DNA from: Rudaea sp.
GTDB taxonomy: Bacteria; Pseudomonadota; Gammaproteobacteria; Xanthomonadales; Rhodanobacteraceae
Direction of reading: 5' to 3'
DNA: 64,000 bases
Assembly: GCA_025451955.1 (NCBI GenBank)
Contig: JANWJJ010000128.1
Coordinates: forward strand, 10,629-74,628
The first letter of the stretch is position 1. Each line of letters begins with the position of its first letter. The translations under genes and the position numbers were made by a program. The notes beneath the pieces are model-generated. The model saw nothing but the letters and a program-made list of their open reading frames with translations. It searched no databases and was not told the DNA's origin. This document shows positions 31,899 to 44,445 of the stretch, piece after piece.

Positions 31899-33221
31899 AT
31901 GGCATACGGACCCGCACCGCAGGAACATCAGGTCGTCTACACGACGCTGCATTTCGATCAGCCGTGGTCGATGGATAGCTATGTCAAAACCGGCGGCTAC
32001 GAGGCGTGGAAGAAGATTCTCGCCGAAAAACCCGACCCAGCCACGATCATCGACGAACTGAAAAAAAGTGCGCTGCGTGGCCGCGGCGGCGCGGGATTCC
32101 CGACCGGTCTGAAATGGTCGTTTATGCCGAAAGGCACGATGCAAAAGTATATTTTGTGCAACTCTGACGAATCCGAACCTGGCACCTGCAAGGATCGCGA
32201 CATCCTGCGCTTCAATCCGCATGCGGTGATCGAAGGTCTGGCCATCGCCTGTTACGCAACCGGATCGAGCGTCGCCTACAATTATCTGCGCGGCGAATTC
32301 CACCACGAGCCGTTTGAACATTGCGAAGCGGCGCTGAAAGAGGCTTACGCCGCGGGCTTGCTCGGCAAGAATATCGGCGGCAGCGGTATCGATGTGGATA
32401 TTTATACCGCGCTCGGCGCCGGCGCCTATATCTGCGGCGAGGAAACCGCGCTGATGGAATCACTGGAAGGCAAGAAGGGTCAACCGCGTTTCAAGCCGCC
32501 GTTCCCGGCCGGCTTCGGCCTGTATGGCAAGCCGACCACGATCAACAACACCGAAACCTATGCCTCGGTGCCGACGATCTTGCGCAAGGGCGCCGAGTGG
32601 TTTCTCAATCAGGGCAAACCGAACAATGGCGGGCCAAAGATTTTTTCCGTATCCGGTCACGTCAACAAACCGGGCAATTACGAGATCAAACTCGGCACGC
32701 CGTTTGCCGACCTGCTGGCGCTGGCTGGCGGTGTGCGCAATGGCCACAAACTCAAGGCCGTGATTCCCGGCGGCTCGTCGATGCCCGTGTTGCCGGCTGA
32801 GACGATGATGAATCTCACGATGGATTACGACGCGATCCAGAAAGCCGGCTCGGGCCTGGGTTCCGGCGCCGTGATCGTGATGGACGAAACCACCTGTATG
32901 GTGCGCGCCTGTCAGCGTATCGCGCGGTTCTACTTTGCCGAATCCTGCGGCCAGTGCACGCCGTGCCGCGAAGGCACCGGCTGGATGTACCGCGTTCTTA
33001 CGCGCATCGTCGAGGGCAACGCTAGCATGGACGATGTGCGGATGTTAAAGCAGGCCGCAGGGCAAATTGAAGGTCATACCATTTGCGCCTTCGGTGAAGC
33101 GGCCGCGTGGCCGGTGCAGGGAATGCTCAGGAATTTCTGGAACGAGTTCGAATACTTTGTCGCGAACAAGCGCAGCATTGTGGATGCGCCGGTCAGCCAA
33201 CTCGTCGGAGTCGCTGCATGA
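31899..33221 (+). CDS. nuoF: NADH-quinone oxidoreductase subunit F
   Basis: [38 protein letters not shown]. Confidence 0.97.
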   Translation: MAYGPAPQEHQVVYTTLHFDQPWSMDSYVKTGGYEAWKKILAEKPDPATIIDELKKSALRGRGGAGFPTGLKWSFMPKGTMQKYILCNSDESEPGTCKDRDILRFNPHAVIEGLAIACYATGSSVAYNYLRGEFHHEPFEHCEAALKEAYAAGLLGKNIGGSGIDVDIYTALGAGAYICGEETALMESLEGKKGQPRFKPPFPAGFGLYGKPTTINNTETYASVPTILRKGAEWFLNQGKPNNGGPKIFSVSGHVNKPGNYEIKLGTPFADLLALAGGVRNGHKLKAVIPGGSSMPVLPAETMMNLTMDYDAIQKAGSGLGSGAVIVMDETTCMVRACQRIARFYFAESCGQCTPCREGTGWMYRVLTRIVEGNASMDDVRMLKQAAGQIEGHTICAFGEAAAWPVQGMLRNFWNEFEYFVANKRSIVDAPVSQLVGVAA

Positions 33222-33238
33222 GCGCGCTATTCCTTGCT

Positions 33239-33386
33239 CGTCATTCCGGCAGGGATTGCCGGAATCCAGTGGCCACGGATGGCAACGCCAGAAACAACAG
33301 AGTTAATGTGGTTGTCGCGTCGCATGCATCACAGTTTTGTTCACATCCCTGCAGTCTGGATGCCGGCAATCCCTGCCGGCATGACG
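33239..33386. repeat. REP doublet (family A), nuoF-nuoG
   Basis: Two inverted 31-nt palindromic arms around a variable spacer. Confidence 0.92.
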
Positions 33387-33396
33387 AGGTGAGGGT

Positions 33397-35766
33397 ATGA
33401 GCGCCGTTCCCGCCAATCCCAATACCGCGCCGGATATGGTCAACATCGAGATCGACGGCAAGGCCATGCAGGTGCCGAAGAATTCGATGATCATCGCCGC
33501 CGCCGATGCGGCCGGGATTCCGATTCCGCGCTTCTGCTATCACCACAAGTTGCCGATCGCCGCGAACTGCCGCATGTGCATGGTCGAGACGGAAATGAAC
33601 GGCAAGGCCGTACCGAAGCCGCAGCCTGCTTGCGCCACGCCGGTGATGGAAGGCATGAAGGTGTATACGCGTTCGCAGCGCGCGCTTTCGGGCCAGCGCA
33701 ATGTGATGGAGTTTCTGCTCATCAATCATCCGCTGGATTGCCCGATCTGCGATCAGGGCGGCGAGTGCGAGTTGCAGGATCTGTCGCTGGGCTATGGCCG
33801 TTCGGTATCGCGTTTCGTCGAGCGCAAACGCGTTGTGCCGGATGAGGATCTCGGTCCGTTGATCGCCACGGAAATGACGCGCTGTATCCAGTGCACGCGC
33901 TGCATTCGTGTCGTCAGCGAAGTCGCCGGCAGTTACGAACTCGGTGGCATGGGTCGTGGCGAGAATCTCGAAATCGGCACCTATATCGGCAAGACCATCG
34001 ATTCGGAACTCGGCGGCAACATCATCGACGTCTGCCCGGTCGGCGCGCTGACGAACAAGGTGTTCCGTTTCAAGGCGCGCGCCTGGGAATTGATTGCGCG
34101 TGAATCGATCGGCTATCACGATGCGCTCGGCTCGAATCTGTGGCTGCACACGCGCCGCGGCGAAGTGCTGCGCACGGTGCCGCGCGACAACGAGGCGATC
34201 AACGAATGCTGGTTGTCGGATCGCGACCGTTACAGTCATCAAGGTTTGTATACCGACGATCGCGCCGGAATTCCGCTGATCCGCCGCAACGGCGAGCTGA
34301 TCGAAGCGACCTGGGACGAAGCCATCGATTTCGTCGCCGCCGGACTCAAGCAACATGCCGGCGATGAACTCGGCGCGCTGGTCGCGCCGCTGGCTTCATG
34401 CGAGGAAGGTTTCCTGCTTGCGAACATCGTGCGCGGACTCGGCAGCGACAATATCGGTCATCGTCTGCGCACGCTGGATTTCGCCGATCGTTCTGTCAGC
34501 ACCGCATTCGCGATGCCGGTAGCGGCAATCGAGAAGGCGCGCAGCATCGCCCTGATCGGCTGCAATCCGCGCCACGAAATGCCCTTGCTGGCCCATCGCA
34601 TTCGCAAGGCCTGGAAGGCCGGCGCGAAAATTCACGCGATCAATCCGCTGGATTTCGATCTCAATTTCGATCTCGCCAGCAAGATCGTCGCCACGCCTGC
34701 GGCGATGGTCGATGCGGTGCTGGCCTTGGCAAAGGCCGCGAGTGCGGCTGGACAGTTGCCGGATTCGAGCGCGCTCGCGCAGGCAATTTCCGGCGTGGCC
34801 GATAATCCGACCGCGGCCGCGCTGATCGAAGCGCTGAGCAAATCGGCTCCGGCGGTGCTGATCTTCGGCGAATCCGCCAGCCTGCATCCGCAGGCGTCGT
34901 GGTTGCGCGCCGCAGCGATGTTCGTGGCCAAGGCCACCGGTGCCGCGTTCAACGAAATTCCCTCCGGCGCCAATGCCGTCGGTCTTGCGCGCACGGGCGT
35001 GCGGCCGCACGCGAATGGCGCGGATGCTGGTGCGATGCTGGCCAAGCCGCCGCGCAGCTTGATCGTGTATCAGGCCGGTTCGCAGGATACGTCCTCGTCC
35101 AGCGCGTTCGACAACGCGCGCAGCAAGGCGGAGTTTTGCGTTTACGTTGGCGCCTATGCCTGCAACGGCGTCAAGCGTACGGCGCATGCGGTGTTGCCGA
35201 TTGGCTTGCCGCCGGAAATCGACGGTACCTATATCAATGCCGACGGCATCGTGCAGACGCTGGCCGCCGGCGCGAAATTGCCCGGTCAGGCGCGGCCCGG
35301 CTGGAAGGTGTTGCGCGCGCTGGGCGCAAAGCTCGGCATGCCCGGATTCGATTTCGTCGACGTCGCTGATGTGCGCAACGTGATGAAGTCATCACTTGTG
35401 GCAAAATTTACAATGCCGCATTCTGCACAATTGCCGCAACGTCCCGCGCAGGCCGCAGGACTGGTACGCATCGCCACGGTGCCGATTTATCGCACCGATC
35501 AGGTATTGCGTCGCGCCGCCGCGTTGCAGGCGCACCCGCTTACCGGCAAAGCCGCGGTTGGACTGAATCCCGAAGATGCGCTGGCACTCGGTCTTGCGCA
35601 TGGTGCGCAGGCGAAAGTGAGCGGCGAGGGCGCCGAGACGACGCTACCAGTTGTGGTCACGCGCGCCGTCCCAAAAGGCGCGGCATGGATCGAATCGACC
35701 TGGCCGGAAACGCGCGCCTTGCCGCCGACCGGATCGGCATTGACGATTGCGAGGGCTTCCGCGTGA
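33397..35766 (+). CDS. nuoG: NADH-quinone oxidoreductase subunit G
   Basis: [32 protein letters not shown]. Confidence 0.97.
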   Translation: MSAVPANPNTAPDMVNIEIDGKAMQVPKNSMIIAAADAAGIPIPRFCYHHKLPIAANCRMCMVETEMNGKAVPKPQPACATPVMEGMKVYTRSQRALSGQRNVMEFLLINHPLDCPICDQGGECELQDLSLGYGRSVSRFVERKRVVPDEDLGPLIATEMTRCIQCTRCIRVVSEVAGSYELGGMGRGENLEIGTYIGKTIDSELGGNIIDVCPVGALTNKVFRFKARAWELIARESIGYHDALGSNLWLHTRRGEVLRTVPRDNEAINECWLSDRDRYSHQGLYTDDRAGIPLIRRNGELIEATWDEAIDFVAAGLKQHAGDELGALVAPLASCEEGFLLANIVRGLGSDNIGHRLRTLDFADRSVSTAFAMPVAAIEKARSIALIGCNPRHEMPLLAHRIRKAWKAGAKIHAINPLDFDLNFDLASKIVATPAAMVDAVLALAKAASAAGQLPDSSALAQAISGVADNPTAAALIEALSKSAPAVLIFGESASLHPQASWLRAAAMFVAKATGAAFNEIPSGANAVGLARTGVRPHANGADAGAMLAKPPRSLIVYQAGSQDTSSSSAFDNARSKAEFCVYVGAYACNGVKRTAHAVLPIGLPPEIDGTYINADGIVQTLAAGAKLPGQARPGWKVLRALGAKLGMPGFDFVDVADVRNVMKSSLVAKFTMPHSAQLPQRPAQAAGLVRIATVPIYRTDQVLRRAAALQAHPLTGKAAVGLNPEDALALGLAHGAQAKVSGEGAETTLPVVVTRAVPKGAAWIESTWPETRALPPTGSALTIARASA

Positions 35767-35771
35767 TCGCC

Positions 35772-36814
<1,043 letters not shown>

Positions 36815-36818
<4 letters not shown>

Positions 36819-37303
36819 ACCGGATCGCGCGCTATTTCAAGAGCCTGCTGCTGATCGAGCTGTGGAAGGGCTTGAGCTTGACCATGAAATACATGTGGAA
36901 GCCCAAGTACACCATGCGTTATCCGATGGAAAGGATTCCACAGTCCAACCGTTTTCGCGGCTTGCACGCCTTGCGCCGCTACCCGAACGGCGAGGAACGC
37001 TGCATTGCCTGCAAGCTGTGCGAAGCCGTGTGTCCCGCGCTGGCAATCACCATCGATTCCGAGCAGCGCGCCGACGGCACGCGCCGCACCACGCGTTACG
37101 ACATCGATCTGTTCAAGTGCATCTACTGCGGATTCTGCGAGGAAAGTTGCCCGGTCGATTCGATCGTCGAAACCAATATCCACGAATATCATTTCGAAAA
37201 GCGCGGTGAGAACATCGTGACCAAGCCGCAACTGCTCGCCATCGGCGATCGCTTCGAGCAATTGATCGCCGCCGCGCGCACGCAAGATGCGCCGTATCGG
37301 TAG
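36815..37303 (+). CDS. nuoI: NADH-quinone oxidoreductase subunit I
   Basis: [24 protein letters not shown]. Confidence 0.97.
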
Positions 37304-37309
37304 TAACAG

Positions 37310-37458
37310 CGTCATTCCGGCAGGGATTGCCGGAATCCAGTGGCTATGGATGGCAGGGTTCGGCAAAACGTGTGGTGCAAGTAAAATGTATACGCTGAAT
37401 GGTTCGACAGATTTGCGTCCCTGCATTCTGGATTCCGGCAATCCCTGCCGGAATGACG
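37310..37458. repeat. REP doublet (family A), nuoI-nuoJ
   Basis: Arms are perfect 31-nt inverted copies. Confidence 0.93.
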
Positions 37459-37501
37459 GGCGGATTTTGGCGCGCGGCATCACCTCGGATTACCGACCGA
37501 C

Positions 37502-38107
37502 ATGAGTGTTGATCTCATCCTGTTCTACGTCTTCTCCGTCATTCTGGCGCTGGCCGCGCTCGGCGTCATTGGCGTGCGCAATTCGGTGCACGCGGCGCTG
37601 CTTTTGGTGCTGTGCTTCTTCACCACCGCCGCACTGTGGCTGCTGATGCAAGCCGAGTTTCTCGCCATCGCCCTGGTGCTGGTCTATGTTGGCGCGGTGA
37701 TGGTGTTGTTCCTGTTCGTGGTGATGATGCTCGACATCAACACCGAACAAGTGCGCGAAGGTTTCATCCGCTATCTGCCGGTCGGCATCGGCGTGGCCGC
37801 GGTCATGCTGGTCGAGATGCTGTTGCTGATCGGGCTCAAGGGCATGGCATTTACGGCGCCGGTCGATCCCGCTGGATCGTCGAATACGGCCTGGCTGGGC
37901 ATGGCGCTGTACACCCGCTTCCTGTTGCCGTTCGAGGTCGCTGCGCTGATCCTGACCGTGGCCGTTATCGCCGCAGTCATGCTGACGCTGCGCAAGCGTG
38001 CCGGTACGCGCTACCAGAATCCGTCGCAGCAGGTTGCGGTGAAAGCGCGCGATCGCGTGCGCATCGTCAAGATGCCGAGCGCGGCGAAGCCGGAGGCGAC
38101 GCCATGA
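37502..38107 (+). CDS. nuoJ: NADH-quinone oxidoreductase subunit J
   Basis: AEFL...[22 protein letters not shown]. Confidence 0.95.
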   Translation: MSVDLILFYVFSVILALAALGVIGVRNSVHAALLLVLCFFTTAALWLLMQAEFLAIALVLVYVGAVMVLFLFVVMMLDINTEQVREGFIRYLPVGIGVAAVMLVEMLLLIGLKGMAFTAPVDPAGSSNTAWLGMALYTRFLLPFEVAALILTVAVIAAVMLTLRKRAGTRYQNPSQQVAVKARDRVRIVKMPSAAKPEATP

Positions 38108-38409
38108 TCACGCTGGCGCACTACATCGTGCTCGGCGCGGTGCTGTTCTGCATCGCCGTCGCCGGCATCTTCATCAATCGCAAGAACATCATCGTTCTGC
38201 TGATGGCGATCGAGCTGATGCTGCTTTCGGTCAACATGAACTTTGTCGCGTTTTCGCGTTATCTCGGCGATGTTTCCGGACAGGTGTTCGTGTTCTTTAT
38301 TCTGACCGTGGCCGCGGCGGAATCCGCCATCGGCCTGGCGATCCTCGTAGTCCTGTTCCGCAATCGCGCGACGATCAACGTTGGCGAAATCGATTCGATG
38401 AAGGGTTGA
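38104..38409 (+). CDS. nuoK: NADH-quinone oxidoreductase subunit K
   Basis: [20 protein letters not shown]. Confidence 0.96.
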   Translation: MITLAHYIVLGAVLFCIAVAGIFINRKNIIVLLMAIELMLLSVNMNFVAFSRYLGDVSGQVFVFFILTVAAAESAIGLAILVVLFRNRATINVGEIDSMKG

Positions 38410-38413
38410 ACGC

Positions 38414-40426
38414 ATGAGTTTGAGTCCAACCATCCTGCTCACCATCGCGCTGGCGCCGTTAATCGGCGCGCTGATCGCCGGTCTGCTGCGCAACCAGATC
38501 GGTCGCCTTGGTGCGTCCAGCGCAGCCATCGCCGGCGTGGCGCTGAGTTGCGCGCTGTCGTTTCAGGTGCTGTACCAGCTCGTCTGGGGCGGCGCGGAAA
38601 CGTTCAATCAAAATATCTACACCTGGTTTCAGGTCGGGGATTTTTCCACCCACATCGGTTTCCTGATCGATCGCCTGACCGCGCTGATGATGGCCGTCGT
38701 CACCTTCGTTTCGCTGATGGTACACATTTATACCCTCGGCTACATGGCCGACGACGAAGGTTTCTCGCGTTTCTTCAGCTACATCGCACTGTTCACCTTC
38801 TCGATGCTGATGCTGGTGATGGCGAACAATTTCCTGCAGCTCTTCATCGGCTGGGAACTGGTCGGCTTGGTGTCGTACCTGCTGATCGGTTTCTGGTTCA
38901 AGAAGCCGAGCGCAATCTTCGCCAACCTGAAAGCCTTCATGGTCAATCGTGTCGGTGACTTCGGCTTCATCCTCGGCATTGCCGGTGTTCTGTTTTTCTT
39001 CCATACGCTCGATTACGCCAGTGTGTTTGCGCACACCGATGCTTTGTCAGGCAAGACGCTGGAGCTGTTCAGCGGCCACGCCTGGTCGGCGGCGACGGTG
39101 ATTTGTCTGTGCCTGTTCGTCGGCGCGATGGGCAAGTCCGCGCAGGTGCCGTTGCACGTGTGGCTGCCGGACTCGATGGAAGGCCCGACGCCGATCTCGG
39201 CCCTGATCCACGCGGCGACGATGGTCACTGCGGGCATCTTTATGGTCGCACGCATGTCGCCGCTGTTCGAGTTGTCGGAAACTGCGCTGAGCACCGTACT
39301 GGTGATTGGCGCGACCACCGCGTTCTTCACCGGCCTGATCGGCATCGTGCAGAACGACATCAAGCGCGTAGTGGCCTATTCGACCTTGTCGCAACTCGGT
39401 TACATGACCGTCGCGCTTGGCGTGTCGGCGTACTCGGTCGGCATCTTCCATCTGATGACGCACGCCTTCTTCAAGGCGCTGCTCTTCCTCGGTGCCGGCT
39501 CGGTGATCATGGCCATGCATCACGAACAGGACATGCGTTACATGGGCGGCCTGCGCCGTTACATGCCGATCACCTACTTCACCATGTGGGCCGGCACACT
39601 GGCGCTGGTCGGTATGCCCGGTTTCGCCGGATTCTTTTCCAAGGACGCCATCATCGAGGCGGTGCATGAATCCTCACGTTGGGGTTCCGGCTACGCTTAC
39701 GCCTGCGTCCTGCTCGGCGTGTTCGTTACCGCCTTGTATAGTTTTAGACTTCTATACCTGACTTTCCACGGCAAGGAACGTTTCGTGGTCGAACATGGTG
39801 CGCACGGCCATGGCGATCACGGCCATCACCCTGAACCTGGCCATCTCGCGCATCCGCCGCAGGAATCGCCGTGGGTCGTGACCGTGCCGCTGATCCTGCT
39901 GGCGATTCCATCCGTGTTGATCGGCTGGTACACGGTCGGGCCGCTACTGCACGGTGATTTCTTCGGCGCGGCGATTCGTGTCGCCGCCGGCGGCCACGAA
40001 GCGGCGCAGGAATTCACCGGCGCGTTGGCGATGGTGGTCGAAGGTTTTGCGGCGCCGCCATTCTGGTTTGCCTTCGCCGGATTCGCGGTCGCGACCTATG
40101 TCTATCTGTTTAATCCGGCGCTGGCCGATCGCGCCAAGCAAGCGCTGCATCCGGTTTGGAATTTGCTCGACCACAAATACTGGGTCGACGAGTTGTACCA
40201 GCTTGTATTCATGCGCGGCGGCGTGGCGCTCGGCCGCGGCCTGTGGAAGGGCGGTGACGTCGGCGTGATCGACAACATCCTGATCGACGGCACCTCGGCC
40301 GGCGTCGGACGCATCGCCGCGACCGTGCGCTGGGTGCAGACGGGATATTTATATACTTATGCCTTCGCCATGATTCTGGGGCTGGTGGCATTGCTCGGCG
40401 GGTTGTGGTGGGTTGTGCGCACATGA
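38414..40426 (+). CDS. nuoL: NADH-quinone oxidoreductase subunit L
   Basis: GKSAQVPLHVWLPDSMEGPTPISALIHAATMV, HAFFKALLF. Confidence 0.97.
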   Translation: MSLSPTILLTIALAPLIGALIAGLLRNQIGRLGASSAAIAGVALSCALSFQVLYQLVWGGAETFNQNIYTWFQVGDFSTHIGFLIDRLTALMMAVVTFVSLMVHIYTLGYMADDEGFSRFFSYIALFTFSMLMLVMANNFLQLFIGWELVGLVSYLLIGFWFKKPSAIFANLKAFMVNRVGDFGFILGIAGVLFFFHTLDYASVFAHTDALSGKTLELFSGHAWSAATVICLCLFVGAMGKSAQVPLHVWLPDSMEGPTPISALIHAATMVTAGIFMVARMSPLFELSETALSTVLVIGATTAFFTGLIGIVQNDIKRVVAYSTLSQLGYMTVALGVSAYSVGIFHLMTHAFFKALLFLGAGSVIMAMHHEQDMRYMGGLRRYMPITYFTMWAGTLALVGMPGFAGFFSKDAIIEAVHESSRWGSGYAYACVLLGVFVTALYSFRLLYLTFHGKERFVVEHGAHGHGDHGHHPEPGHLAHPPQESPWVVTVPLILLAIPSVLIGWYTVGPLLHGDFFGAAIRVAAGGHEAAQEFTGALAMVVEGFAAPPFWFAFAGFAVATYVYLFNPALADRAKQALHPVWNLLDHKYWVDELYQLVFMRGGVALGRGLWKGGDVGVIDNILIDGTSAGVGRIAATVRWVQTGYLYTYAFAMILGLVALLGGLWWVVRT

Positions 40427-40444
40427 CGCGAACAAGTGAAACAA

Positions 40445-40557
40445 CGTCATCCCGCATGGCTTGCCGGGAACCAGGCTGCAGGGATGCCGCTGTCACGGTG
40501 AATCGGACGTTTGCCGTCCTTGGCTCCTGGATTCCGGCAATCCATGCCGGAATGACG
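40445..40557. repeat. REP doublet (family A), nuoL-nuoM; left arm degenerate
   Basis: cgtcatcccgcatggcttgccggga ... ctggattccggcaatccatgccggaatgacg. Confidence 0.88.
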
Positions 40558-40582
40558 AATTCAAAATAGCTTGGAAATAAGA

Positions 40583-42094
40583 ATGCAGTCCTGGCCCATC
40601 CTGAGTCTCGTCATCTGGCTTCCGATCCTCGGCGGCGCACTGGTGTCACTTGTCGGTACCGGGCGCGCCAACGTCGCGCGCTGGCTGGCGCTGGCGGTCG
40701 CCATCCTCGTATTCGCCGTCAGCATTCCGCTGTTCACCGGCTATGACGCGGCCAGCGGCACGATGCAATTCATCGAAAATCACGTCTGGATCGGCGCGAT
40801 CCATGCGAATTATTACCTCGGCGCGGACGGGATTTCGATCGCGCTGATTCTGTTGACCACGTTCGTCACCATCCTCGTCGTACTCGGCGCCTGGGATTCG
40901 GTCAAGGACAAGGTCAATCAGTACATGGCTTCGATCCTGATTCTCGAAGGCGTGATGATCGGCGTGTTCGCGGCGATGGATGCGCTGCTGTTCTACGTGT
41001 TCTTCGAAGCCATGCTGATTCCGATGTTCGTCATCATCGGCATATGGGGCGGTCCGCGGCGCGTCTATGCGACCTTGAAATTCTTCCTGTATACATTTTT
41101 CGGCTCGATCTTCATGCTGATCGCGCTGATTTATCTGTACCTGCAAACGCACTCGTGGGAACTATCGCAATTCGCGGCATTGCCACTCAGCGCCACTGCG
41201 CAGGCGTGGATTTTCTTCGCCTTCCTCGCCGGCTTCGCGATCAAGGTGCCGATGTGGCCGGTGCATACCTGGTTGCCGGATGCGCACGTCGAAGCGCCGA
41301 CCGGCGGCTCGGTGATCCTGGCCGCGATCATGCTGAAAATCGGCGGATACGGGTTCATCCGATTCTCGCTGCCGATCGTGCCCGATGCCTCGCAACAGTT
41401 TGCCTGGTTGATTATCGCCATGTCGCTGATCGCGATCATCTATATTGGTTATGTCGCCCTGGTGCAGCTGGACATGAAAAAGCTGATCGCTTATTCGTCC
41501 GTGGCGCACATGGGTTTTGTCACTCTCGGCGTGTTCATCAGCTTGGCCCTTGTGCGTGTTGCCGGCGATAAAAATGCAGCTTACCTCGGCGTGTCTGGTG
41601 CGATGGTGCAGATGATTTCGCACGGTTTCATTTCCGGTGCGATGTTCTCCTGCGTTGGCGTGCTTTACGACCGCGTGCACAGCCGCCTGATCAAGGATTA
41701 CGGCGGCGTGATCAACACCATGCCGTGGTTTGCCGCGTTTTGGGTGCTGTTCTCGATGGCCAATTGTGGCCTGCCCGGCACCAGCGGTTTTGTCGGCGAA
41801 TTCATGGTGATTTTGGCCAGCTTCGCGATGAACCCCTGGGTCGCCGCCGGCGCCGCGTTTACGCTCATCATTGGCGCGGCGTATACCTTGTGGCTGGTCA
41901 AGCGCGTGATCTTCGGCGCTGTCACCAACGATCACGTCGCCAAACTCAAGGACATCAATCCGCGCGAAGCACTGATGCTGGCAGGATTCGCCGCCGGCGT
42001 CCTCGTGCTCGGCATCTGGCCCGAACCCTTGACGCATCTGATGGACGCCTCGGTCAGGCTGTTGGTCGATCATTTGCTGGTCGCGAAGATTTGA
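40583..42094 (+). CDS. nuoM: NADH-quinone oxidoreductase subunit M
   Basis: KVPMWPVHTWLPDAHVEAPT, IAYSSVAHMG. Confidence 0.96.
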   Translation: MQSWPILSLVIWLPILGGALVSLVGTGRANVARWLALAVAILVFAVSIPLFTGYDAASGTMQFIENHVWIGAIHANYYLGADGISIALILLTTFVTILVVLGAWDSVKDKVNQYMASILILEGVMIGVFAAMDALLFYVFFEAMLIPMFVIIGIWGGPRRVYATLKFFLYTFFGSIFMLIALIYLYLQTHSWELSQFAALPLSATAQAWIFFAFLAGFAIKVPMWPVHTWLPDAHVEAPTGGSVILAAIMLKIGGYGFIRFSLPIVPDASQQFAWLIIAMSLIAIIYIGYVALVQLDMKKLIAYSSVAHMGFVTLGVFISLALVRVAGDKNAAYLGVSGAMVQMISHGFISGAMFSCVGVLYDRVHSRLIKDYGGVINTMPWFAAFWVLFSMANCGLPGTSGFVGEFMVILASFAMNPWVAAGAAFTLIIGAAYTLWLVKRVIFGAVTNDHVAKLKDINPREALMLAGFAAGVLVLGIWPEPLTHLMDASVRLLVDHLLVAKI

Positions 42095-42108
42095 GGCAGG
42101 AAGACCCG

Positions 42109-43566
42109 ATGAACTTCAATCTCCACGACCTCGTCTTGCTGGCACCGGAAGACTTCCTGCTGGGCGCGATCTGCGCGATCCTGCTGATCGACTTGTTTCT
42201 CAAACCGGCGCAGCGCGGGATTACGCATTGGCTGTCGCTGGCCGCGCTGATTGGCACGATTGCGCTGATTCTGACCGATCACGATCCGGCGACGACCGCT
42301 TTCAACGGTGCCTATATCCACGACGGCATCGCCGCCGTGCTCAAGGTGTTCATCCTCGGCGTCACTGCGGCGGTGTTCGTGTATTCGCGCGGTTATCTGC
42401 GCGATCGCAAGTTATACATTGGCGAGTTTTATCTTTTGTGTCTTTTTGGCGTGCTTGGCATGATGCTGCTGGTATCGGCCGGCAACTTGGTGATGGTGTA
42501 TTTGGGTCTGGAACTGTTCACGTTGTCGTCGTACGCGCTGGTCGCGATCAATCGCGATTCCGGGCTGTCGTCCGAAGCCGCGATGAAGTATTTCGTGCTC
42601 GGCGCGCTGGCCTCGGGATTGTTGCTGTACGGCATGTCGATGATCTACGGCGCCACCGGCACGCTGGATCTGGCGAAGATCCACGAACTCGCGGCGTTCG
42701 CGGCGGGCGGGCCGCAATCGCATCAGGCCTTGCTCGCGTTCGGCGTGGTCTTCCTCGTCGTCGGCATCGGCTTCAAGTTCGGCGCGGCGCCGTTCCACAT
42801 GTGGCTGCCGGATGTTTACGAAGGTTCGCCGACGGCGGTGACGATCTTCATCGGCTCGGCGCCGAAGATCGCCGCATTCGGTATGGCGTATCGCTTGCTC
42901 GAAGGCGGCTTGGGCGGAATGCAACCACACTGGCAGGAAATGCTGGCTGCGCTGGCGGTAGTTTCGCTGGCGCTGGGCAATATCGTCGCCATCGCCCAGA
43001 CCAATCTCAAACGCATGTTGGCGTATTCCACCATTTCACATGTGGGCTTTTTGCTTTTGGGACTCGCCAACGGCACGCCTTCGGGCTATGCGGCGGCGAT
43101 GTTCTACGCTTTCGCCTACGCGATCATGGCTGCCGCGGCCTTCGGTGTGATCCTGCTGCTGGCGCGTGCCGGATTCGAGGCCGAGAACATCGACGACTTC
43201 AAGGGTCTGAACCAGCGCAATCCGTGGTATGCCTTTGTCATGCTGATGGCGATGGCATCGCTGGCAGGTATTCCGCCGCTGTTCGGATTCTTCGCCAAGT
43301 TATTGGTGCTCAAGGCCGCGATCGATGCCGGCATGTTGTGGCTGGCCATCGTCGCCATCGTGTTTGCGATCATCGGCCTGTACTACTATCTGAATGTCAT
43401 CAAGGTGATGTACTTCGATGCGCCGGCCGACAAATCGCCGCTCGTGTTGCCGCAGGATCTGCCATTTCGCTGGCTGCTTTCGCTCAACGGCGTGGCACTG
43501 CTGGTGCTGGGCCTGTACTGGGGTCCGCTGATCGACTGGTGTTACCGCGCTTTCAGCGTGGGATAG
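42109..43566 (+). CDS. nuoN: NADH-quinone oxidoreductase subunit N
   Basis: EAAMKYF, PFHMWLPDVYEG, KRMLAYSTISH. Confidence 0.96.
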   Translation: MNFNLHDLVLLAPEDFLLGAICAILLIDLFLKPAQRGITHWLSLAALIGTIALILTDHDPATTAFNGAYIHDGIAAVLKVFILGVTAAVFVYSRGYLRDRKLYIGEFYLLCLFGVLGMMLLVSAGNLVMVYLGLELFTLSSYALVAINRDSGLSSEAAMKYFVLGALASGLLLYGMSMIYGATGTLDLAKIHELAAFAAGGPQSHQALLAFGVVFLVVGIGFKFGAAPFHMWLPDVYEGSPTAVTIFIGSAPKIAAFGMAYRLLEGGLGGMQPHWQEMLAALAVVSLALGNIVAIAQTNLKRMLAYSTISHVGFLLLGLANGTPSGYAAAMFYAFAYAIMAAAAFGVILLLARAGFEAENIDDFKGLNQRNPWYAFVMLMAMASLAGIPPLFGFFAKLLVLKAAIDAGMLWLAIVAIVFAIIGLYYYLNVIKVMYFDAPADKSPLVLPQDLPFRWLLSLNGVALLVLGLYWGPLIDWCYRAFSVG

Positions 43567-43587
43567 CGTTGCGGCTGCGAGTTCTGG

Positions 43588-43617
43588 TTGCCAAAAACCC
43601 AGCCACTCCGCTAAACT
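43588..43617 (+). promoter_or_regulatory. Probable sigma70 promoter of tRNA-fMet/rimP operon
   Basis: TTGCCA-N18-TAAACT followed by GC-rich discriminator. Confidence 0.55.
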
Positions 43618-43631
43618 GCGCGTTCGACTGT

Positions 43632-43708
43632 TGCGGGGTGGAGCAGTCTGGCAGCTCGTCGGGCTCATAACCCGAAGGTCGCAGGTTCAAATCCTGCCCC
43701 CGCTACCA
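43632..43708 (+). tRNA. Initiator tRNA-fMet(CAT)
   Basis: 77 nt, GGG/CCC anticodon stem, CAT, unpaired 1:72, CCA; metY position. Confidence 0.96.
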
Positions 43709-43784
43709 GCAGTCGCAAATATTACCCAGCGCAGGATGCGCGTTGCCGGTGTCTGGACACGATACAACGGCGGACTACGGACTG

Positions 43785-43807
43785 GGCCTAGTGGCCCTTT
43801 TTTATTT
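43785..43807 (+). terminator. Short terminator/attenuator in rimP leader
   Basis: gggcc-tagt-ggccc then tttttattt. Confidence 0.7.
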
Positions 43808-43819
43808 CTGGATTCAAGA

Positions 43820-43879
43820 AGTGCGGCCACGGAAGGGCGCTTTTTGATCTTCGCGATCATGGATGATCGCAAAGGTAAC
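43820..43879 (+). repeat. Repeat family B, copy abutting rimP start
   Basis: agtgcggccacggaagggcgctttttgatcttcgcgatcatggatgatcgcaaaggtaac, homologous to 20362-20415. Confidence 0.88.
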
Positions 43880-43881
43880 GA

Positions 43882-44379
43882 ATGAGGAACGAAGAACTGA
43901 CCGGATTGCTGGCGCCGATCGTGGCGGACCTGGGACTCGAATGCCTCGGCGTCGAGTACAGTCCGTCGCAGGGCAATGGTCTGGTGCGCGTCTACATTGA
44001 TGCGGCGGATCGTGCGGTGACAGTGGACGATTGCGAGGCGGTCAGCCGTCAGGTGTCGGCAACGCTGGACGTGCACGATCCGATTCAGGGCCGCTACACG
44101 CTCGAGGTGTCGTCGCCGGGCATCGACCGGCCGCTGTACACGCCGGCGCAGTTTGCGCGTTTCGTCGGCAGCGCGGCGAAGATCGAGTTGAACCTGCCGT
44201 TGAATGGTCGTCGCCGTTTCCAGGGAGCGATTCTCGCGGTAGAAGACGACACGATTGCGCTGGAACAGGATGGAGTGCGTGTCGACATCGCGCAAGGCAA
44301 TATTCACAAGGCGCGGTTGGTGGCCGAACTGGAAGAAAGACCAGGCAAAGTGCACAAAGGCAAGAAAGTTAAAAAGTAA
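43882..44379 (+). CDS. rimP: Ribosome maturation factor RimP
   Basis: DDCEAVSRQVSATLDV.DPI, YTLEVSSPGIDRPL. Confidence 0.95.
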   Translation: MRNEELTGLLAPIVADLGLECLGVEYSPSQGNGLVRVYIDAADRAVTVDDCEAVSRQVSATLDVHDPIQGRYTLEVSSPGIDRPLYTPAQFARFVGSAAKIELNLPLNGRRRFQGAILAVEDDTIALEQDGVRVDIAQGNIHKARLVAELEERPGKVHKGKKVKK

Positions 44380-44445
44380 AAGGAAGGCGACGTGTTCGTG
44401 CATGACGGACAACGCGCAGGAAGATCAATTGAGAGAGTTCCGGAA

